64,000 bases of DNA from Octopus sinensis (GCF_006345805.1 NC_043004.1:62001-126000), one strand, 5' to 3'. Positions 12,240 to 24,848 are shown, numbered from the stretch's first letter. Notes: generated by a model from the sequence alone, not told the origin. Program-made: numbers and translations.

Positions 12240-12720
12240 ATATTAGCTGCTTCTCTCTTCAGCCTTTAGTCGAGTAAGAATCCGCTTGGTGCACGAACAT
12301 CAACTAAACTGGCTCGTTTCGCTAGAGACACGAGAAGAAGCGAGAGTGAGAACCAATCTGTGTGAGGATGAGGAACACAAACAACAAAACAGGCCTAGAC
12401 AGAAATGTGTACGTGTGTGCGACATACGTAAACACGCACAGAACACACACACACACACACACACACGCGCGCGCGCTTCCTCTCCCTCTCTCTCGAGAAT
12501 AAATAATGAAAAAAACAAGCAAAACACCGAAAGAACTGTTCGGTTGTGTGCCTTCCCAAGCGTCTAGCAGCAGCTTAGTCGGCTCATAACTGCTGCTACT
12601 ACTAACGAACTAACACACTAGTGACTTAAGTCGTTCTGTGCGTCGTCGCTCCATGTCACCGAAAGGTCGCAGGGAATCAATCGTGATCAACAAAGAAGAA
12701 CGATTTATAAGGGGGATTAA
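12240..12720 (-). promoter_or_regulatory. Candidate promoter / non-coding first exon region of the vg-like gene
   Basis: Non-repetitive, relatively CpG-rich stretch (includes CACGCGCGCGCGC) just upstream of the spliced ATG exon, which needs an upstream exon. No TSS can be placed from sequence alone. Confidence 0.3.
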
Positions 12721-12791
12721 GTTCAATGGAGCAAGGACAATTAATTAACAACAGAAACACTGCAAATAATAATAACAATAATAACAACAAC

Positions 12792-12924
12792 AAGTTGTAT
12801 GTTTTCTATGTTTATACCCCAGCGTCACACTTTGATGGCATGAGCTGCTCTCTCACTCCATAATAATAATAATAATAATAATAATATAATAATAACAACA
12901 ATAATGATGATAATAATAATGATG

Positions 12925-12974
<50 letters not shown>

Positions 12975-13045
12975 CATAAGTTGTATATTTTCTATGTTTA
13001 TACCCCAGCGTCACACTTTGATGGCATGAGCTGCTCTCTCACTCC

Positions 13046-13076
<31 letters not shown>

Positions 13077-13102
13077 CAATAATGATGATAATAATAATGA
13101 TG

Positions 13103-13134
<32 letters not shown>

Positions 13135-13205
13135 CATAAGTTGTATATTTTCTATGTTTATACCCGAGCGTCACACTTTGATGGCATGAGCTGCTCTCTC
13201 ACTCC

Positions 13206-13261
<56 letters not shown>

Positions 13262-13330
13262 CATAAGTTGTATATTTTCTGTTTATACCCCAGCGTCACA
13301 CTTTGATGGCATTAGCTGCTCTCTCACTCC

Positions 13331-13373
<43 letters not shown>

Positions 13374-13439
13374 GTTGTATATTTTCTATGTTTATACCCC
13401 AGCGTCACACTTTGATGGCATGAGCTGCTCTCTCACTCC

Positions 13440-13440
<1 letters not shown>
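12792..13440 (+). repeat. Five copies of a ~69-bp unit separated by variable (AAT)n spacers; the unit is related to the 3' end of element D
   Basis: Units start at 12792, 12978, 13138, 13266 and 13372 (AAGTTGTATATTTTCTATGTTTATACCCCAGCGTCACACTTTGATGGCATGAGCTGCTCTCTCACTCCA). Confidence 0.9.
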
Positions 13441-13487
<47 letters not shown>

Positions 13488-13489
<2 letters not shown>

Positions 13490-13735
13490 CCTTTCTACTG
13501 GAGGCACAAAGTCCTCGGCGGAATTTGAACTCGGAACGTCAAGACGGACGAAATGCCGCTAAGCATTTCGCCCGGCGTCCTAACGTTTCTGCCAGCTCGC
13601 CGCCTTTTGATGTATTCACTATTATTTTCTACTCTAGGCACAATGTCCGAAATTTTGGGCCAGTCGATTAGATCGACCCCCAGTACGCAACTGGTACTTA
13701 ATTTGTCGACCCCGGTACTTAATTTGCTCGCCTTG
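13488..13735 (-). mobile_element. Two deleted/partial SINE family B copies
   Basis: Antisense head TAACGTTTCTGCCAGCTCGCCGCCTT and antisense tail TTCTACTCTAGGCAC. Confidence 0.75.
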
Positions 13736-14647
13736 CTAACGATTCTGCCAGGCCACCGCCTATGATAAGGTTTTCTTATGATAAATCGGAATGGAACGAC
13801 GATTTTGTTTTGAAAAAAAAGAGAAAATATTTTTTAAGTGTGTCGTTATGGAATATATTTAAAACGATTCTCTCGAAAAGTTGATATTGAAATATAAATT
13901 GAAGTAATGTAACGATATCTTGTTCTTGGTATTGTTGTTGTTACTGTTGCTGTTGTCGTCGTTGGGTCGCTGGAATAGGGCAGTCTTAATCTTAGCAAAT
14001 GTTTCATTGGTCCAATTAGCATCTGGCCTTTTTTTATGAACACCATACGATCGTGTCACATAAAAATTTCTCTTCTTTCCTTTTTTTTTTTAGATCTTTC
14101 CTGAACTCGCCACTACTATCGTCATTCTTCGATTCGTTCTTTCGGAAAACAAAAACAAAGAAAACATAAATAAATAAACGTATTTACAGAGAAAAAAGAT
14201 GGGAGTGTCTGATTCCCCTTCCGCCACGGAAGGTAGCGTTTAACATTCAGATTTGCCTTATAATGGGAGGTAGTGAATTAAAGCTAAAGAGGCGTATCTC
14301 AACACGCACTGCCATCACGTAGCCGCTATGGAGAGGCGTAGCTTAGCGAAGATGAAGCTAAACATTATAATACAGAGTGAGCAATTTTCACTGGACCAAA
14401 CAAATTTGGGAAAACTCGCTCACAATGCAAATGTCACACATACGACATTACGGCGGAGAGACAATAAGAGCGATATATTAGTATGTCTTCAATTGTCCTT
14501 GTCGTTCAAGAATCATTTAAAATTGTCATTAACTGCAAATGTTCAGATTTGAATTGAATTTTGATGGAACTTTGTGGAGTTTGTTATGTGTCATGAACAA
14601 ATAACAAAGAACTGTTTCAAATGCAGCGTAAAAATCAACGATAGACC

Positions 14648-14689
14648 TATGTATATATGTATATATGTATGTATATATATATACATGTA

Positions 14690-14720
<31 letters not shown>

Positions 14721-14951
14721 TATATATATATACATATATATACATATATATATATTATATATATATACATATATATACATATATATAGGTACATATATAT
14801 ATGTATATATATATATACATATATATAGGTACATATATATTTGTATATATATATGTATACATATATATAGGTACATATATATATGTATATATATATATAT
14901 ACATACATACATACTTATATATATATACATACATACATACATACATATATA

Positions 14952-14987
<36 letters not shown>

Positions 14988-15271
14988 TAGGTACATATAG
15001 ATATGTATATATATATATACATACATACATATATATATATATACATACATACATATATATATATATACATACATACATACATATATATATACATACATAC
15101 ATATATATATACATACATACATATATATATACATACATACATATATATATACATACATACATATATATATACATACATACATACATATATATATACATAC
15201 ATACATACATATATATATATACATACATATATATATACATACATACATACATATATATATACATACATACA

Positions 15272-15311
<40 letters not shown>

Positions 15312-15557
15312 CATACATATATATATACATACATATATATATACATACATATATATATACATACATAGGTACATATATATATATATATGTATATATATAT
15401 ACATACATATATATATGTATATATATATACATACATATATATATGTATATATATATACATACATATATATATATATATACATACATCATATATATATATA
15501 TTATATATATATACATACATATATATATGTATATATTATACATACATATATATATGT

Positions 15558-15591
<34 letters not shown>

Positions 15592-15633
15592 ATATACATA
15601 TATATTATATATATTATATACATATATATAATT

Positions 15634-15664
<31 letters not shown>

Positions 15665-15775
15665 ATATACATATATATACATATATATACTATATATATA
15701 TATATAGGTACATATATATATGTATATATATATAATATAGGTACATATATATATAATATGTATATATATGCATAT

Positions 15776-15811
<36 letters not shown>

Positions 15812-15865
15812 TGGATTATATATATATATATATTTTGGATTTATATATATATATATATATATATA
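14648..15865. repeat. ~1.2-kb compound (TA)n/(TACA)n microsatellite
   Basis: Continuous TA/TACA units with recurrent GGTAC interruptions. Source of the long YI/YV/HT ORFs in the track. Confidence 0.97.
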
Positions 15866-15869
15866 AATC

Positions 15870-16320
15870 CAAAATTTTATTCAATTTGCTTTGCGGTAAG
15901 GACTGTTTTAACAAAGTCGCGTTTTGTCCTTCGAACGCGGGGTAGATGAAACAGGGGACAACTGATGAAGAGGAATGTTCTTTATGTTGCATGTCTCGTT
16001 TCTCTGTTTGTTTTGTTTTCGTTGTTCGAAAAAAAGTTAGTTTTCTATGTTTTTGTTTTTATGTTTTCGTTTCTCATTATGTTTACGTAATTTTGATGTC
16101 CTGTACCCATATATGCATGTATATATACCTATATATGTAGGTATGTACATATATCTATGTATATCTGCATATATTTATATATTATTTATATTATATGTGT
16201 GTATAATTATGTATGAATGTATTGTTATATTTGGGAACGGTCGTACTTTTTGCCAATTAACCACACACATTGTATATTTAGCCTTCACTTCAGCTTTATT
16301 ACCATTCTTATTTTAATGTC
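15870..16320 (+). mobile_element. Penelope-like element fragment (family F)
   Basis: Colinear with the reverse complement of 63290-63620, for example TTCGAACGCGGGGTAGATGAAAC...ACTGATGAAGAGG vs TTCGAAACGTAGAGTAGATGAAAC...ACTGAAGAAGGGG, and GTCCTGTAC(C/A)CATATATGC. Confidence 0.5.
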
Positions 16321-16656
16321 TCTTCCAGAACAGCAGGAGACATGTCGGACGGAGAGTCACTGAAAAAATCACAGGATATGCGACGAAAGATTTGAGACAA
16401 AGGCTACTAAAACAAAGATAATAATAAAGCTGAAATGAAGACCAAGTAATTAGTGCGTGCGGTTAATTGACGAAGAATATAACCATCCCCAACGATAATA
16501 ATATCTTTGTCAACACTCTATCGGCAATCTTGCATAACAAATACATAAATGTAACATACATACATACATACATACATACATACATACAATCATACATACA
16601 TATGTGTGTGTGTGTGTGTGTATAGTATATATAATATATATACATAGTGTGTATAA

Positions 16657-18326
16657 CACTGGACAACAAAGATTATGCTACTGTGGTAAAAACATGTTTT
16701 TAAGTCTAAATCGAAGATGCTGATTCCGAACCCGCACTCAGAATTGTTCTAGCAGGTCAGGATTTTGAGTTATGCGCATGCACAAGATTATAACTATACT
16801 TTCAGTTAGATATAGGCCGTATTATAAAATTTGCTAAAATGAAAATGGTCTTAATTCGATATTACAGAAATAACAGCAATAAAACAAACGACGAGAAAGT
16901 TCATTACTTAGTTTAGCAATAGATGGCGCTGACGTATTGTGTGCAGGCGCCAAATACATCAATTTATTCTTGGTAACTCTCGTTGTCGTTTGCATTGCTG
17001 TCAGGTGTGGTGTGTGTATCTCTCGCTCTGTGTGATTACTGTTTTAACTGTTTTCTTTGTGTTCGACCAGGAATAAGAGAGGCTGAGTGAATCACCCAGA
17101 CAACTTTTGTTATGTCTGTGGAAAATTTCCTCCGCGTGACCAGTGGAAGAACATTGCCACCAAATAAAAAATTGCCTATAAATATTTCGAGTGTAAAGTT
17201 GGGAACCAAGACAAGAGGTGGGCACCTCATATATGCTGTACCGTGTGTTACTCAGAGCTTATATAGTGGCTGAATGGAAAACGGAAGGGAGTGCCATTTG
17301 CTGTACCAATGGTTTAGCGTGAGCCGGCCAATCATGTCTCTGATTGTTACTTTTGCATGACTAATATTAGTGGTTTCTCAAAGAAGACCAAAGCAAAAAT
17401 TGTTTATGCAGATTGTAAATTGGTTCTAAAACCGTTTCCACATGACTTCGAGAACCATTCCCCTTCTCACATGATTCACTTGAAGACCTTGACACGTCAC
17501 ACAGTGAAACCCTTGATTCTCCTATCGACGCAGAGTACGTGGTTGATTCTAAGAAAAATGAGCCTCACTTGTTAAATCAAGAAGATTTGAACGATTTAGT
17601 AAGAGACCTAGCATTGTCAAAGGAGAAGGCAAAAGTTTGGGGATCCGGACTACAGCAACAGAATCTCCCACAACAAGGTACGAAAATTTCCAATTTCCGT
17701 TCCCGCCATGAAGGCTTATCTGTCTTTTTCAAGCAAGAAAATAATGCTTGTTTCTGTACTGACGTTAATGTACTCATGCAAAATCTAGGACACATGAATG
17801 TGGCTAATGAGTGGAGATTGTTTATAGACTCGAGTAAGGTTAACCTCAAAGATGTGTTGTTACATAATGGTAATGAAAAACCTTCCATTCCTGTAGGTTA
17901 TGTTGTCGGTGTGAAAAAACTTATGAATCAATGGAACTCATTCTGAAAGGAGTTAATTACTCAGTTCATAAGTGAAATATTTGTGGTGATCAAAAGGTGA
18001 TTTCCTTCCTCCTAGGACTGCAGATGGGATATACCAAAAACATGTGCTTCTTGTGTGTTTGGAACAGCTGCGTCGACAGCAATCATTACACTGTAAAAGA
18101 TAGTCCTAAAAGAGATAAGCGCATAGTTGGTCGGTACAATGTGCAGCATGTGCCATTGATAGACCCGCAAAAGATCTTGCTTCCAGCCCTTCACATCAAA
18201 CTCGGCCTCATGAAAAACTTCGTAAAAGCAATGACACACGATGGTTGTGGTTTCCAGTACCTAAATGTAAAATTTGGTGAAGAGAAAAGTGACGCAAAAC
18301 TGAAATCAAGCATTTTCATTGGACCC
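16657..18326 (+). mobile_element. Chapaev3-like (CMC superfamily) DNA transposon, 3'-truncated
   Basis: 5' terminus TAA|CACTGGACAACAAA at 16657, followed by a decayed transposase. The right end is replaced by a SINE-A right-arm fragment from 18327. Confidence 0.7.
17075..18326 (+). pseudogene. Chapaev3-like transposase pseudogene (stops and frameshifts)
   Basis: Motifs NHPDNFCYVCG, GNQDKRWAPHICC, REPANHVSDCYFC, LNQEDLNDLVRDL, WRLFIDSS, LLGLQMGYTKNMCFLC and LPALHIKLGLMKNFVKA. The sequence ends at IFIGP, so the catalytic E region is missing. Confidence 0.8.
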
Positions 18327-18594
18327 GAGACCGATAGAATAAGTACCAGGCTTTTTTCTTTAAAGCTTGGTAATTATTCTATAGGTACTGGTATTGATTG
18401 GTTCAACTAAAATTCTTTAATACCGTGCCCCAGAATGGCCGTAATTTACTGACTGAAACAAGTAGAAGATACAAGAGAAAAGATTGATTTGATATCGATT
18501 CCATTTCGATCTCTTCATTTTACAACACAGATCAGTTTATAACATTAGCGTCCAAACAAATCATCAACTTTATTTTTTCTATCGTTATAAATAT

Positions 18595-18890
18595 CTTATT
18601 CCAGTCATCGGGTTGTGGCCATGCTGGAGCACCGCCTTGACTTTCTAAAAATATTCTTTTCTCAGTCTTAACTCTTTGTGAAAAAAATCTTCTCTCCAAA
18701 TATATATATATATATATATGTACGACGGGCTTTTTTCAGTTTCCGTCTACCAAATCCACTCATAAGGCTTTCGTCGACCCGAAGCTATAGTAGAAGACAC
18801 TTACCCAAGACACTTACCCAAGACACTTACCCAAGGTTCCATGCCATAGGACTGAACCCTTAACGAGGTTGGGAAGTTAACTTCTTTTAA
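18595..18890 (-). mobile_element. SINE family A, internally deleted, with a local 13-bp triplication (GACACTTACCCAA)
   Basis: Direct homology to other family A copies. Confidence 0.7.
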
Positions 18891-19114
18891 CATTTAAATT
18901 CAATAATCTTCTGGCCCCTATAAAAATTTTCTAATCCCCAAAACATTAGGTCTTCCTAAAACATTTCTGCTCTTCATTGAAATTTGTCACTATATAAGTA
19001 TTTTTGAATCTTATTAAAATTTTGAAGCTCTTAAAAGTTTTCTGTTCCAACTAATAGATTTTAGTTTCACCGAAAAATTTTGTATCCTTGATAAATATTT
19101 GCTACACGGCTCAT

Positions 19115-19433
19115 AAAATAATTAAATTGCCTGGAAAATATGAAATTGCATAAAAATTATTAATTATCTGGAAAATATTAAATTGCATAAAAAGTTATTA
19201 AATTGTCTGGAAAATATTAAATCACTTAAAAATGATAAAATTGTCTGGAAAATATTAAATCGCATGAAAAGTTATTAAATTGCCTGGAATATATTAAATC
19301 ACTTTAAAATGATTAAATTGTCTGGAAAATATTAAATCACTATATTTTCCAGACAAATTAATAATTTTAAAGTTATTTAATATTTTCCAGACAATTTAAT
19401 AATTTTAATATCACTTAAAAATTATTAAATTGT
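19115..19433. repeat. ~38-39-bp AT-rich minisatellite: six forward units followed by two inverted units
   Basis: CTGGAAAATA-type cores at 19131, 19168, 19207, 19245, 19284 and 19322. ATTTTCCAGACAA at about 19344 and 19382. Confidence 0.85.
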
Positions 19434-19494
19434 CGCATATCAAATTTTACATCGATAACCTGATAAGTAAGAAATAAATTTTATTATTATTATT

Positions 19495-19815
19495 ATTTCC
19501 GCCGAGGTCGACTTTGCCTGTCATCCTTTCGGGGTCGATTAAATAAGTACCAGTTACGCACTGGGGTTGATATAATCGACTTAATCCGTTTGTCTGTCCC
19601 TGTTTGTTCCCTCCGTGTGTAGTCCCTTGTGGGTAGTAAAGAAATAGGTGTTTCGTCTGTCTTTACGTTCTGAGTTCAAATTCCGCCGAGGTCTGCTTTG
19701 CCTTTTATCCTTTCGATGTCGATAAATTAAGTACCAACTGCGTACTGGGATCAATCTAATCGACTGGCACCCTTTCCCAAAATTTCGGGCGTTGTGCCTA
19801 GAGTAGAAAAGAATA
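19495..19815 (+). mobile_element. SINE family B dimer (5'-truncated first unit)
   Basis: Junction AAAGAAATA|GGTGTTTCGTCTG at 19646/19647. Confidence 0.8.
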
Positions 19816-20125
19816 ATGTTGCGAATGGTTTTAATACTTTCACATTTCATTGACTTCGAAAAAGCGATATTGAAACTGTTTGGAGTGAACTGAAACGATG
19901 TAGCACTTGCATTTTAGTTGGGGTTTTTTTTTAACAAGGAATAAGTTAGCAAAAATGGAAAAAACAAAAAAACCACTGTGTGGAAAACCTTCACAGTGGA
20001 ATGTATATGTCTCATGTAAGCCCAGATTCATTTCGTAACCGAAGACTGAACTCGTTACGAAATACTCTGAAGTTAGTCAAAATTGCCCTTTTCTACACCC
20101 ATTCTCTGTTCATAAGGAGTGGTTG

Positions 20126-20429
20126 TTGTTTGTTCTTTCTCGAGCCACACCTGGTTCATAGGGTCGGTTTCTCGGTTTCCTTGGCGTATAGGTTCCCCAC
20201 CTGGACGGGGCGCCGGTCCGTTGCAGGTGAGCTGCAAGATGCAGGAGGAAAGAGCGAGAGAAAGTTGTGTTGAAAGAGTCAGCAGGAGTTCGCCATTACC
20301 TTCTACCGGAGCCGTGTGGAGCTTAGGTTTTTCGCTCATAAACACACACACATCGCCCGGTCTGAGATTCGAACCCGCGATCCCTCGACCGCGAGTCCGC
20401 TTCCCTAACCACTAGGCCATGTGCCTCCA
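20126..20429 (-). mobile_element. tRNA-derived SINE (third family) with target-site duplication
   Basis: Head TGGAGGCACATGGCCTAGTGGTTAGG...GGTTCGAATCTC. 17-bp TSD TTCA(T/C)AAGGAGTGGTTG at 20109-20125 and 20430-20446. Confidence 0.85.
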
Positions 20430-20491
20430 TTCACAAGGAGTGGTTGAGCAGAATTGTTCTCATTGCAAAACATATTAATTTGTCTCTAAGG

Positions 20492-20889
20492 CAGCGGTTC
20501 TGAACCGAGATCCATATAAACTCTCAGGGTCCATATGAAGGTTTTGGGTGTCCGCGCAAGCAAAACTGTATATTGTGTATGTGTATGGGGTGGGGTGTAC
20601 GGTAGTATTTTAAGGGATCATGAAAAATGTATTTATTGTGAGAAACAGCGAGGTTTGTTTCTCTGACCCTTTGCAAAGCTCAACATGTTTCTGGTTACTG
20701 AAACATATTCTCTAAAAGAGTGCAATTGCAAACCTACACATGTGAATGAATGAAAAAGAAAATTGGAATGTTGACAGAAGTATCTATAAAATCAGTTTTA
20801 GGACATTGAATAGCAATGAAGGTCCACCAGAATAAAACAGTAATCAAAGGGGTTCATAAGTAAAAAAAAAAGGAAGTTGAGAACCATTG
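20492..20889. mobile_element. hAT (Charlie-like) MITE, ~400 bp
   Basis: Imperfect TIRs CAGCGGTTCTGAACC / AGTTGAGAACCATTG. 8-bp flanks CTCTAAGG / ATCTAAAG resemble the NTCTAGAN target. Confidence 0.7.
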
Positions 20890-20920
20890 ATCTAAAGTTA
20901 GTTTTGTTTTTTTAATTGTT

Positions 20921-21322
20921 GGCTGTGTGGTAAGTAGCTTCCTTACCAACCACATGGTTTCGGGTTCAGTCCCACTGTGTGGTACCTTGGGCAAGCGTCT
21001 TCTACTATAGCCTCGGGCCGACCAAAGTCTTGTGTGTGGATTTGGTAGACGGAAACTGAAAGAAGCCCGTCGTATGTATGTATGTATGTATGTATGTATG
21101 TATGTATATGTTTGTGTGTCTGTGTTTGTCCCCCCCCCCAACATCGCTTGACAACCGATGCTGGTGTGTCCCCGTAACTTAGCGATTCGGCCAAAGAGAT
21201 ACCGATAGAATAAGTGCTGGGCTTACAAAGAATAAGTCCTCGGGTCGATTTGCTCGACTAAAGGCGGTGCTCCAGCATGGCCGCAGTCAAATGACTGAAA
21301 CAAGTAAAAGAGTAAAAGAGTA
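20921..21322 (+). mobile_element. SINE family A
   Basis: Left arm, (TATG)n core, right arm, GTAAAAGA tail. Confidence 0.9.
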
Positions 21323-21939
21323 AGCCATCTAACAGCTGTGTGGTACAGCATATTATCACCCTATTCAGCTTCTGTTTCTTTCAAATATGTTCGAAGCTGG
21401 CGATGATAGAGTGCAGGTGACTAAATTGTATTCAGTGTTGATAAACTGGTCCTATCACATATAACAGATCTAAATGGTCTTTTTTTTTTTTTTTGGAGGG
21501 GGTTCCCGCAAAGTGCCCATTGATGAATGATGCAATGAAACACTAAGAGCTTTTGTACATCCATGATGTCGCATATATGTTGTGGAATTGTCCGACAAAG
21601 CTTTTCCTACAGCTCTCATATTGTTCCCACCGTCAGCTACAATACTTTCCGAACCAAGTTATACTAATTCAAAAATTTCTCTCGTTTCGTCAAAAACGTT
21701 TTCCCAAGAAGTTCTTACATGCATGCTGGCCACCGGAGATAGTTCTTTCATCACTTCCAGTTTAGCATTAATTATCCAAATAGAAAACAGTAACACCAAA
21801 TTGTCAGAGACATTTGTTGCTTCTTCTACATCCGTGGTTCTCAGTCTTTCGTTACTCAACGCTCTCTTTCAAAGAAATTCTTTTGCTCAACGGCTTTTTA
21901 TCATTTTTTTTTGTTTTAGGCTATACCATTTCGCATGTT

Positions 21940-22164
21940 CTTTTATTCTTTTATTTTTTTTTTCTGTCATTTGACTGCAGCCATGCTGAAGAACCATCTT
22001 TACCCGAACAAATCGACCCCAGGACTTATTCTTTGTAAGCCTGGTACTTATTCTAAGCTGAACCGCTAAGTTACGAGGACGTAAATACACCAACATAGGT
22101 TGTCAAGCGATTGCGGAGGACAAACACAGACACAAAGACACATACATAAATACATATATATATA

Positions 22165-22195
<31 letters not shown>

Positions 22196-22358
22196 CGACG
22201 GGCTTCTTTCAGTTTCCGTCTATCAAATTCACTCACAAGGCTTTGATCGGCCCTAGGCTATAGTAGAAGATACTTGCCCAATGTTCCATGCAGTGGGACT
22301 GAACTTGGAACCATGTGGCTGGGAAGCAAGCTTCGCGCCACACAGCCACGCCTGCGCC
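21940..22358 (-). mobile_element. SINE family A
   Basis: Complete antisense copy ending CCTGCGCC. Confidence 0.85.
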
Positions 22359-22684
22359 TATAACTTTAGATAATTGCCCGGACTAGCGCCCTCTACGCTA
22401 AAGTTCTACGTAAGTTATTTAAAGAAAGTGTGGACTATTATTAATTATTTACTTATTTCAGTTATAGGAACGTTGCCATGCTGGAGCTCTACCTTCAGCA
22501 GTTTTAATATCTATGTTTTCTTTTTTCTAAAACAGAAATGTCTTGTACCTTATTCTATCGGTCTTTTTTACTGAATCAGAAAGTTTATGGGGACGTAAAG
22601 AAACAAACACCGACTGTCAGACGGTGGGACAGGACAAACACCCCCCACACACACACATACATACACACACTTATATAAATACAG

Positions 22685-22920
22685 TGAAGGCGTATGGCAT
22701 AGCGGTTAGGAAATTCGGTTCACGATTGTAAGATCGTGTGTTCAATTCCCGGCGGCGCGTTGTGTCCTTGAGCAAGACACTTTATTTCACGTTGCTCCAC
22801 TCCACTCAGCTGGCAAAAATTAGTAATACGTGTATTTCAAAGGGCCAGCCTTCCAGCTATGTCACATTCTGTGTCAGGCTGAATCTCCTTCATAACTACA
22901 TTAAGTGTATGCATTACTGT
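22685..22920 (+). mobile_element. tRNA-derived SINE family C
   Basis: A/B-box head then GTTGTGTCCTTGAGCAAGACAC...CAGCTGGCAAAAA. Shares its head/core with 51236-51490 and its 3' part with the reverse complement of 49375-49556. Confidence 0.75.
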
Positions 22921-23344
22921 GGAAAGAAAAAGGGAGAGAATCCATTACTCTTAGCCGCAAGTTAAATAATCGTTTGCATAATTGTGTTAATTGCAGAATT
23001 TTTAAGAACAGCTTACCAGTAAACACCACCTTCACTGAATATTTGAGAAAAGATTTGTAAAAGTTGATAAAGTTTTAATCCATTTCAAGTTCGAGTGAAA
23101 ATTAGAATTGCCTTAGGTTTTCTCATTGTGTGTTTTGGATTAATATAATGCATGTTTTCTCTGCTAACCTTTTCTGATTCAAAGCAAATTGGCCAAATTC
23201 ATTGAAGACGGCATTCACAAAAACTCAATCCAGACACCGCACATATCCACTGCACGTGGCAACGTGAAGTGTTTTCTTTCGATTTATTTTACTTGGATGT
23301 CTTCCGAGCTTTGTCAGTCATAAGGGAGACTGTCAGAATTAGCA

Positions 23345-23770
23345 AGGGTTTCAAACGTTGGCACAAGGCTGGCAATTTTGGGGGAGGGATAAGTCGATTA
23401 CACTGATCCCAGTACTTGGCTGGTGTTTTATTTCATCAAACCCGAAAAGATGAAAAGCAAAGACGAGCTTGGCGGAATTTGAACCAGAACGTAGAGAGCC
23501 GGAAGAAACGCCTCTGTTTTGTTCGACTCGTTAACGATTCTTATTTCTTTATTGCTCACAAGGGGCTAAACATAGAGGGAAAGCACAAGGACAAACAAAG
23601 GGATTAAGTCGATTACATCGACCCCAGTGCGTAACTGGTACTTATTTAATCGACCCCGAAAAGATGAAAGGCAAAGTCGTACTCGGTGGAATTTGAACTC
23701 AGAACGTAACGGCAGACGAAATACCGCTAAGAATTTCGCCCGGCGTGCTAACGTTTCTACCAGCTCACTT
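23345..23770 (-). mobile_element. SINE family B: a younger copy followed by an older, diverged copy
   Basis: Antisense head at 23770, B1 tail, then a second degenerate body. Confidence 0.75.
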
Positions 23771-23988
23771 CCTACTTCTGTCACAAAGCAGAGGAACCAT
23801 GGTGTAACCCAATATGGTGTGGTAAACTTTCAGACCCTAGTCTAGATAGCGAATCCTCTGTACCCCAGGATGGTTCAGCTCTCCACACGTTAAAAAGCCA
23901 CCGTTTACGGAGTGAGGAATAACAACGTAGCTTTCGCACCCGTGCAACCGCCAGTCTATTGCGTGTGGTGGGTGGATCTTCAAGTTGC

Positions 23989-24066
23989 CACATGCATTCT
24001 TAGTAGCTTAGAGTAGGCTCGAATTAGAGATTATTGTTTGTGGCTAATGGCGTGAGTCCTGATTGG
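23989..24066 (+). repeat. 78-bp unit followed by (GAA)n, copy 1
   Basis: Identical over 78 bp to 24771-24848. The flanks upstream of each copy are unrelated. Confidence 0.85.
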
Positions 24067-24324
24067 AAGAAGAAGAAAAAGAAGAAGAAGAGGAGGAGGA
24101 AGAAGAAGAAGACAGCAGCAGCAGCAGGGATAATAACACCAATTAAAAAAGGTATGTTAAGGCTTATTTTTGTAAAAAGCGTTACGTGCTGCAGTAAAAT
24201 AAGAAATACAGAGAATAGAGAGAAACCTGGAGGGTTTCGGGTAAAAGGAAAGCAGAAAGATCGCTTTGGTCGTTCCCGTAAGGGTAATAGTACAAAATAT
24301 GTATGCAGACTCTCTCGTCTCTTC

Positions 24325-24537
24325 AAGGCGGCGAGATGGCAGAAACGTTAGCACGCCGGCCGAAATATTTAGCGGTATTACGTCTGCCGCTACGTTCTGA
24401 GTTCAAATTCCGCCGCGATCGACTTTGCTTTTCATCATGTAGGGGTCGATAAATTAAGTACCAGTTGCGTACTGGAGTCGATCTAATCGACTGTCTCCTT
24501 CTTCCAAAATTTCGGTCCTTGTGCCTAGAATAGAAAA
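24325..24537 (+). mobile_element. SINE family B monomer with TSD
   Basis: Perfect 17-bp TSD GACTCTCTCGTCTCTTC at 24308-24324 and 24538-24554. Confidence 0.92.
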
Positions 24538-24770
24538 GACTCTCTCGTCTCTTCGACTAAGGTTCAGCAAGACGCAGTTGCCAATGGACTTAAGGACCAA
24601 ACGTTGGTTCTGCTGTTAGTGTCTTGGTTTGATGAACAATCTGCACGATGACTGCTATTAGAGTGGGTATAGTTTGTGCAGGGACACTTCTACTCCCACG
24701 TCCTTCAAATTTCTATTGGCCGGGTGTAACAAGTTCCACGAGCCCAAATGTCAAGATGCAGGATTTGTAT

Positions 24771-24848
24771 CACATGCATTCTTAGTAGCTTAGAGTAGGC
24801 TCGAATTAGAGATTATTGTTTGTGGCTAATGGCGTGAGTCCTGATTGG
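24771..24848 (+). repeat. 78-bp unit followed by (GAA)n, copy 2
   Basis: Identical to 23989-24066. Confidence 0.85.

Noticed and set aside
12792-13440. CRISPR array
   Set aside because: Spacers are (AAT)n rather than unique sequence, the repeats are TE-derived, there are no cas genes, and the context is eukaryotic.
10555-13800. TEAD/Scalloped (GGAATG) autoregulatory sites near vg
   Set aside because: Isolated 6-mers occur at about chance frequency.
14529-15735. Long ORFs up to 317 aa (YI/YV/HT repeats), and similar ORFs throughout the window
   Set aside because: Translations of TA/TACA/TG microsatellites, which lack stop codons in several frames. No coding signal.
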